Source: Trichoplax adhaerens (taxonomy: Eukaryota; Animalia; Placozoa). Taken from it: a stretch of DNA of 64,000 nucleotides. The first letter of the stretch is position 1. Every line of letters begins with the position of its first letter. The stretch is taken from NCBI RefSeq assembly GCF_000150275.1, contig NW_002060946.1:2623454-2687453 (forward strand), given 5' to 3'. Below, piece after piece: positions 56,411-64,000 of the stretch. Position numbers and translations under genes: made by a program. The notes under the pieces were generated by a model. The model saw only the letters and a program-made list of their open reading frames with translations, searched no databases and had not been told where the DNA came from.

Positions 56411-57204
56411 ATATGGAGAACGGCAATGAATTTCGACAATGGTCCCTTAGTTTTTAAGTTTCCCTTTTATGAAGCAATGCTTAGGAACATGTACAGAATA
56501 AGGATTGCATATAATCAGCAAATTGCTTGATCTCTATCACTTTGACTATAAATTTATCTACTGAAATTGGAAAGGAAGATCGCGTTTCCTATAATTTTTA
56601 TAATCACTACACCATTATTCTTATAAATTTGCAAATGTTATCACCAAATAACGTCACCGAAATAATATAAAAATTCTTATAGTTCAATTTCTGCATAAAT
56701 AAAAATGAACTGATGTTATCTCCTAAAATTTAATTATCATTTCAAACTAAATATAAGACTGCTCATTTTTCGGATTATGATATAATACCGTACCCTTCAG
56801 AAGCAATGAAATACATCTTGCAAGCACCTTTATATGAGAATAAAGCACTTTTGGGATACCGTCGGCGAGATTTACATTTTAATCTCACTGAAGGTTTCAC
56901 CACAGTCGTATTTAAAGATTGTAAAATGATAAACAGGATATTACGAAAATTATAAAATTACAGCACAAGATATTACCAAAAGTAAAAATTGCTAGTTATC
57001 ATAATGAAATTAGGATTAATTAAGATTACTATAATTACATTATCCGTATGTGCAAAGATTGTGGTAAGGCTAACGCGGGGCTGATGTTCAGTCTTTGTGT
57101 AGAATTTTAAAATTAAATCTTGGTATAATTTTTAAATAAGTCGGCTTATCTTTTGGATATAAAATATCTGCTGTATATGCATTTGAATTGATATACGCAA
57201 AGCT

Positions 57205-58726
57205 TTAGTCGCTCAGATCACAGAATGGCAATTCATTCATAAATGCGTTATTGCCAATAGGATATGAACTAACCTTGGTATCATCGCTGCAACTTACAGC
57301 ATTTGCATCATTACATATCGTGTTATTATGTACAGTTAAGTCATTAAAGTCTTGAGGTATATACATTGACGAAGCAAATTTATCTTTATCATTTTTAGTA
57401 ACATCGCACGATTTTCGAAATGCCATACAGTGCAAGTGATCAAGTTTTACATACTTCCATCGAGTAAAACCTATTGATTCAATGGCAGTTTTCCAACTTT
57501 TTACCATTTTTGAGTTACGATTTTGGTGACTCGAATCTGGTGTAATTATTAGTAACAAGCCATTTTGCATTAGTAGTCGATGAGCGTGAATGCAACATTT
57601 CCAACGCTGAACGGGCGATGGAAAGTATGATAATAGTAGGCAAAAAATAACAACATGAAAATATCTGGCCTGTAACTGATTCGATTTTAACCATTCTGCA
57701 CAAGTTACACCGTCGTTGGTTTGTTCAGAGAGTTCAGCTTCATTAATTGCCACATTTAAGAAGTCACACTGTATTACAGACTAAGGCAATAAGAAAGATT
57801 TAGAAGAAATATTTACATACGAGTATTTAAATTACATTGATTACATATAGTCTAACAGAATACGTTCGAGTCAACGACTAGTCAAATTCAGGTTGAGGCT
57901 TAATAGTATACCCAAAGGCAATTTACTGAGTACAGTATCTTGTTTAATTGATTAAAAAATAGAATATTATGATTACCTTATCTGCAGGACATAAGTCGAT
58001 TGCCGTTGTTACAAAACTCTGAGAAAATTCGGCAAATGGATTATAACAACTTCCAACATCTAATAATTTGACTTTATCACAGTTTATAAACGATCTTTGT
58101 ATTATTGCCACCTGGTTGGCAACTTCCTTAGACACAAAAGCGTTCATCATCGAAGATTGTATATTTTGGCCATTTTCAAGGTAAAATAACCGGCGAGCTT
58201 GCTTGGTTAGAATTTTTTGGAGAATTCCATTAAAGTAATATTCCATGATTACATTTTTGCACCAAAAAATTCGATTTTCTTCTTGTGGTTCCCCAAGACG
58301 TTGCCAGTTATCGACAGCTAAATGATGCATAGCAGCGGCATATTTTTGAAGGGTATCACTTTGATTGCAATGTTCTTGCCAGATATTATCGAAATCTTCG
58401 TGCCCTATATTATAGAGAAGTAAACGATAGCTTATTACTGTACCCGCATTATGTTATTAGCAGTCTCGAATGTACCCAGGTAGTATTAACGCAGTCACAG
58501 TTAGATACATACTAAATTCTATTAAGCAGAAATAAACTTATGAAGCGTAGAATTGAATAGTGCAGTTTACGTGTATGCCAATAAGTTTAAGGGCCCATTA
58601 ATTCAAGGTTACTTATACTATAATTGACTGTAAGAGCATGATACGAGTACCACTACCACATTTACCTTCGTGCCACTTTTGACGCAACCCGGCATGAACA
58701 CTCTTGATGAAAGATGCAGCATCCAT
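57205..58726 (-). CDS. SAMTOR: S-adenosylmethionine sensor upstream of mTORC1 (BMT2/C7orf60), 3 exons
   Basis: IKSVHAGLRQK...DFDNIWQEHC...YAAAMHHLA...LLDVGSCYNPF...FHVVIFCLLLSYFPSPVQRW.CC..AH.LL..NGLLLIITPDSSHQNR..YIPQDF. Confidence 0.96.
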
Positions 58727-59151
58727 CAACAGTTATCAATCTTTCCTATTAAATGCTGTACTGTATGCAGTAATTTTACGTGCATAGTATTGCAGTAATA
58801 GAGGAGGTTATTACATTATTTGCACTTTATGAGCTCCAGAATGCCCAGTAATATAACAGCCTCGAATATGGAGCTGATGTTAAGAGATTGCGAACGACAG
58901 CTTGGCGATAGTTGAAATAGTATAACGCTAGAGATGATGAGCGATGTTGCAAAAGTACCTCAGGGTACAAACGATGCCAGCAGTCTATGCACAACACTGG
59001 TGAGAATAGTTGTGTACGGTACCAGTACTACACCTTGACCACTATACGTCAGCGCATACAGCAGCACTGCTAAACTATAAAATACTCTACTGTTTCTCTA
59101 TAGTACATTATTGTATACTCTGCCACACGTAAAGTATATCATTTACTATGC

Positions 59152-59724
59152 ATCTACAACAGGATCCTCTCCATATCCTGGAATTAATGTCTATTTCTAC
59201 TGGTTTACACCAATTTTTATATACTTATCTGTACTTTGACACTCTATAGACTAGTATGACTCTTTTTAACCATGCCATTTTGTGGTTTAAAGTTTTTATA
59301 GTATACTAATTTCAACTTTTGCTATCTACAGTACTACTAGTATACAATAGGATACTCTCCATATCCTGGAATTAATGTCTATTTCTACCGGTTTTACACA
59401 AATTTCTATATACTTATATGTACTTTGACACTCTATAGATTAGTATGACTCTTTTTAACCATGCCATTTTGCGATTTAAACTTTTTATAGTATACTAATT
59501 TCAACTTTTGCTATCTACGGTACTACTCGTATACAACAGGATACTCTCCGTATCCTGGAATTAATGTCTATTTCTACCGGTTTTACGCCAATTTTTATAT
59601 ACTTATATCTACTTTTACACTCTATAGACTGGTATGACTCTTATTAACCGTACCATTTTATGGTTTAAACTGTTTGCAGCATACTGATTTCAACTTTTGC
59701 TATCTACAGTACTACTAGTATACA
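59152..59724. repeat. Tandem array, about 188-189-bp unit, 3 copies
   Basis: TATCCTGGAATTAATGTCTATTTCTAC recurs at about 59174, 59362 and 59551. Confidence 0.96.
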
Positions 59725-60624
59725 GTATACTGTACTAGTATTACTTTTATTAACCCTTTCTGGTGTAATTGAAGAGGTATCTGAGCATGCAATCAAGCCT
59801 TCATAAGTACCCCAAAATCGTATTTTGGGATTAGGAAGAGGAGAGTTAAATAAAATTTCGAGTGCTGTATGTAGGTAGAAATCATATATCTATAGCTAAT
59901 AAGTAATAACTCATACTGGAATAGATAGAGTTATATGTAAATATCGTACTGCAACACAGACGTACGCGTCTGTATGATTCTTGATCAAAAGGATACGGAA
60001 GTAATACATCTGTAAAACTGTAAAAAGTTTCAACGAAAATTAACCGAATGATTGTAATTTCCAACAATTTAGTTACGCACGTTTCCAGATAAACATACAA
60101 AGGCTGCCTCAGTTAGATCAGCAGACAGCACTCTAAATTGAGTGCAGACAATTCATAGCCGGTAATATTCCAGTAGTATTCATGTATGCATTTTCGAATT
60201 TAGATGCGTTATAATGGATGCACAGTATGTACTGTACTGTACTGTGTGTTTGTACTGCTTGCAACCTTTTCTACTCATTTTGAAATCTTGAGTTTGCACT
60301 GCAAAATAGTAGTAACTAAGAATACACTTGAGTAGCATATTAAGAGGTATATATTTAAACTACAATATTATACAGCTACTTCATGACAAAATTCATCTAA
60401 AATTAGTCATTTATGAATCAAACAGCCGGACTGATTATACCAAAAGGAAATAGTGTAAATGGTAAAGGTTTGTCATCATGTATTCCGAACCTAAGTATGA
60501 TAGAGTACCAGAGGGATTAATTTGATATTAATTTGATTGTCACTTTATCTAGGGTGTTGCATATTCTCTTTGCATCAATTTGGCAAATTGACGAGATTGG
60601 CTTATAAAATAGAGAAGGTATAGT

Positions 60625-62201
60625 TTATGAACATTCCTTTTGTATTGCTTCAACCATTTTGATAATATCCTTAAAATGATTATAGATGTGAGTTGTAAAT
60701 CGGCACCATAGTTGATTCTGTAAAGCAAAGATGTATACATCGACTTTATGCTCTACAAATAATACTTTACGTAGATGCAAGGAACCCTCTTTATTCTTTT
60801 CATATTTGCTTTGGCATTCCGGTATTTTAAATATGGTTAGAAATGGCGATCTTAAATCTTCTGGTATGCCCAGTAGCTCTGTACCTTTAATCTCTTTCAG
60901 AATATATTGCACAGCTTTGTCTCGAAGGCTTATATTATATTCTGTTATTCGTGCCTAAGAAAAGAAAACCATACTTGTAGTTCAGTTAATTTATCTCGGT
61001 GATAGTTCAATTACTGGGTATAATTAAAACAACATCTATATATTCTGAACACATCCTATTATACTACACGCATAAAGCAATATTATTGCATAAGATGTAA
61101 AAGTGATCCTTGTGCTCACTCACCATACCCCCAATTTGATCGATATAGTCAACAGCGGCTCCAGCGATAATAAAAGGAGAATAGTCTCTAGTCGCTTGTT
61201 TAAAAAATTCCAATTGAAATCCCTTTAGATAGTTGTGAGACACGATCAAGGGTCTTACTTGATCATGCAATTCAGGATGGACCCAAAATATTGCACAACC
61301 ACGCGGTGTAAATCCCCATTTATGCATATTACCTATGCGCGATGTAAACATACGACAATCAAATTGTCATTAAAGGATGAGAAAATCTTACGCAAACTTA
61401 CATGCAGTTAAATAACACTTCTTGCTACAAATAGTAATTTTATTTACTGGATGATGTAAAAGCAACTGACATGGCTGATAAGTTTCTCAGTGGAGTACAG
61501 GATATTGCATAAGAATCACCTGAGTAAAAATCTGGCTGTAAATCATCCAAGTTCAGAGGTACTTGGCCGGGTGCATGGGCTCCATCGATGATAGACTTTA
61601 CGTTTCTGGTTCTACATAATTTAATTAATTCTTCGATAGGCATTTTTACAGCCGTGGGGCTTGTAATATGATCTATTATAGCAACTTTAATAGCTGGCGT
61701 ATCGTTTAACATTTCCTGATATTTATCAATAATGTCCTGCTTGCTTATCAGTGGGAATGTAAAATTAATGCAATAAAGTTTCGCTCCTGTCAATTTGGCA
61801 AAATGAGCAGCAGAAAATCTTAATGATTCATGGGTTAAGTTAGTAATTAAAATTCCATCAGATTGTTGTAGGTTTAAGGATTGTAAGGCAATAGTGCCGT
61901 TGCTTGTTGCATTAGGTATGAAAGTTAGATTACTTGGTGATGATCCTACAAAACCGGCTACTTTGGCTACCGCTGTTTGCCATGTCTGAAGAACTAAATA
62001 TTCGAAAAATTCATCAGGATTCGATTCTATTCGTTCTAAAACTTGCAGCCGTCTAGCAAAGAGAGGTCGAGGAACTCCACCAAACGCTCCATGATTTAAA
62101 AAAGTCATTTTTGGATCATACATGAAATCACAATCTCGAATCTCTTTCCCAAATTGTTTCTCATTTCCATCTTCATGAGTAAATGGCTTGTACATGTCCA
62201 T
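60625..62201 (-). CDS. PLP-dependent aminotransferase class V C-S lyase (Egt2 hercynylcysteine sulfoxide lyase / CefD / L-cysteine desulfhydrase-like); exons 62201-61520, 61332-61124, 60954-60625
   Basis: FLNHGAFG, IESNPDEFF, NAT, IIDHITSPTA, IDGAHAPGQ, FYSGNMHKW (PLP Lys), ATRDYS, WCRFTTHIYN; junctions in frame. Confidence 0.92.
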
Positions 62202-64000
62202 ATTCTATCACAATTGGAAATTATAGACCCCGAAACAGCCGCCTAACAACGTTGATATAGCAGATATCACCGACTTACCGAGTGACACTCCCATATTTCT
62301 TGATCGAAAACTTTACTAAAAGTGGATGTGTCCATCCATCTGTCTATGTCACTGTAACCTAAGTTACCTAACAACAGCTGGCTCGGTTCGGTTGCGGCTC
62401 TTGATTCCTGCCAAGGTATGAGAATTTTTATTCATCTTTAGCATGAATTACTTACTCAAAAATAAATCGTATAAGTCTCTCATTTATCAGTAATCGCTGA
62501 CAATATGACTTTGAAAAGGAAAGGAAAAATAGTTGTTATATTTGTACAATATGTTATCTGGTAGTTACTACAGTGTATAATAAATAATAAATAAATATAC
62601 AGTAGTCTTACGGAGTATTAGTGACTCAAACAGTTTCAGCACATGACGTGAAGATGTAGCGAATGGATAGCTCTGATATGCTCCTACGTATTATTTTAAG
62701 CCCTATCTCCTATTCTTACTTTACTGCATATAATTAGCAGCATTGTGTAGTATACTGAAACAGTAGAATATAGAAGTACAGTACACACAGGGTTAATATT
62801 TAAACTATCCGTAAACGGTGCTACGAGATATCTTCAATCAACGTTCGAGTAACCGTTGATCTGAAAGTGCATAAAATATTTCGGATATTATTCATTACCT
62901 GCACGTCAGATATTAAATCGATTTCTTGTAGTATTAGCAGCATCAGTAATAGCTTGCAGCAACGTTTGTGTTCGTTGAGGAAATCATAGAAGGAGCAAAA
63001 GCAGGTTGGCATCAAATGCAAATTTGGTAATAAAATCTTTTGTTATCATTATTTGTTATCGTCGCCAGTGTTTATACAGTGTATTGAGCCACGGATCGTA
63101 TGGCAGAGTGTCAAAACAAGTGCTGAAGGTTAAGCGAAAAAAAATTTAGAACTTGAGAAAGACGATCCTTTTGATAAATGCACTTCATCACTGATGAACT
63201 AGTCGGGTCATCATCAACTGAGAATTTGATATTTTGTTCTAAATGTAACCACAGGTATTTTGATAGCTCAACTTGTGCATATTCACAATTATGAGGTCTT
63301 ACAGTAATCAATTAATTAATTTAATACAATTTATAGTTAGACTATAAGCTACATTGCCCATACGGTAGGCGTCTTTCTAAGAGCAGAATAACTGCCTGTT
63401 GGGTATATTCGACTGAATTTTACTTTCCTATGTACAGTACTGTATGTAACTCAGAAGAACTTGTGGGAAACTACCGATAACGTATGATGAGCATTTTGAT
63501 GTTAAATTCGCAAATGTGATTGCTGTTATTGTGTCTGTACAAGCGATCACTAAATTTACTAGAGAAAGCAAAATTGTAAATTGTATCTTTGATTGATGGA
63601 GCTCGTGCATTTGGTCAGACTGAACTACATCTTGACGAACTCGTGATATATCTTTCCGACCACTTTGATTCACTGGTCATTTTTTATTTATCCTTTGCAC
63701 AGCCGCAGCTTGCTAGGTAATGACTTAATATAGTAGTTATAAGCCATTGTGCTACAGTATGTTAATTTAAAACAGGAGTTAATAATCTCTGATAAGATGG
63801 AATGAATAAACTACAGTAAAATTTCTGGATACAGTATACGGATATTCGTAGATATGTGTTACAAATTCCCTACTTTTGGTACGAAGAGCTAATTATAGTA
63901 AATAATTAATATACGACAGGGATCACTTTCATGCTTGCAGTATACTGGCACTGAAAGGTTATACAGATTGCAGACTAATCCCTGGTATAGTAAAATTAGA

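Noticed and set aside
59750-60520. TTAA-CCCT...AGGG-TTAA ends resembling a piggyBac-type MITE
   Set aside because: Only about 14 bp of imperfect complementarity and no second copy in the window
62820-63680. Three short minus-strand ORFs and protein-like plus-strand stretches
   Set aside because: Multiple stops, no coherent splice model and no recognisable domain; a decayed gene or transposon cannot be excluded without a search

Overview
AT-rich, intron-containing, gene-dense animal genomic DNA. Short introns and pervasive TACAG/TACTG motifs suggest a compact basal-metazoan genome such as a placozoan; this is inference, not proven. Genes rebuilt by hand from GT-AG exons, in order: PRPF18 3' end (+), a membrane-anchored EEP (DNase I-like) protein (+), THOC7 (-), UBE2H (+), KLHDC10 (-), TPRA1 (+), an orphan Cys-rich putatively GPI-anchored protein (-), single-exon RD3-like (-), FKBP11-like (+), SAMTOR/BMT2 (-) and an Egt2/CefD-like PLP C-S lyase (-). 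Two introns carry U12 (minor spliceosome) signals. Four unrelated, well-preserved tandem arrays (111, 84/99, 238 and about 188 bp units) lie upstream of gene starts, mostly next to TACAG/TACTG clusters. The most interesting leads are an EEP fold apparently interrupted by a Cys-rich, two-TM insertion; a structured island containing CTAACCCTAAC inside the long UBE2H intron 2; the recurring promoter/pentamer/array layout; and strong ancestral synteny. Most short ORFs in the supplied track look spurious.
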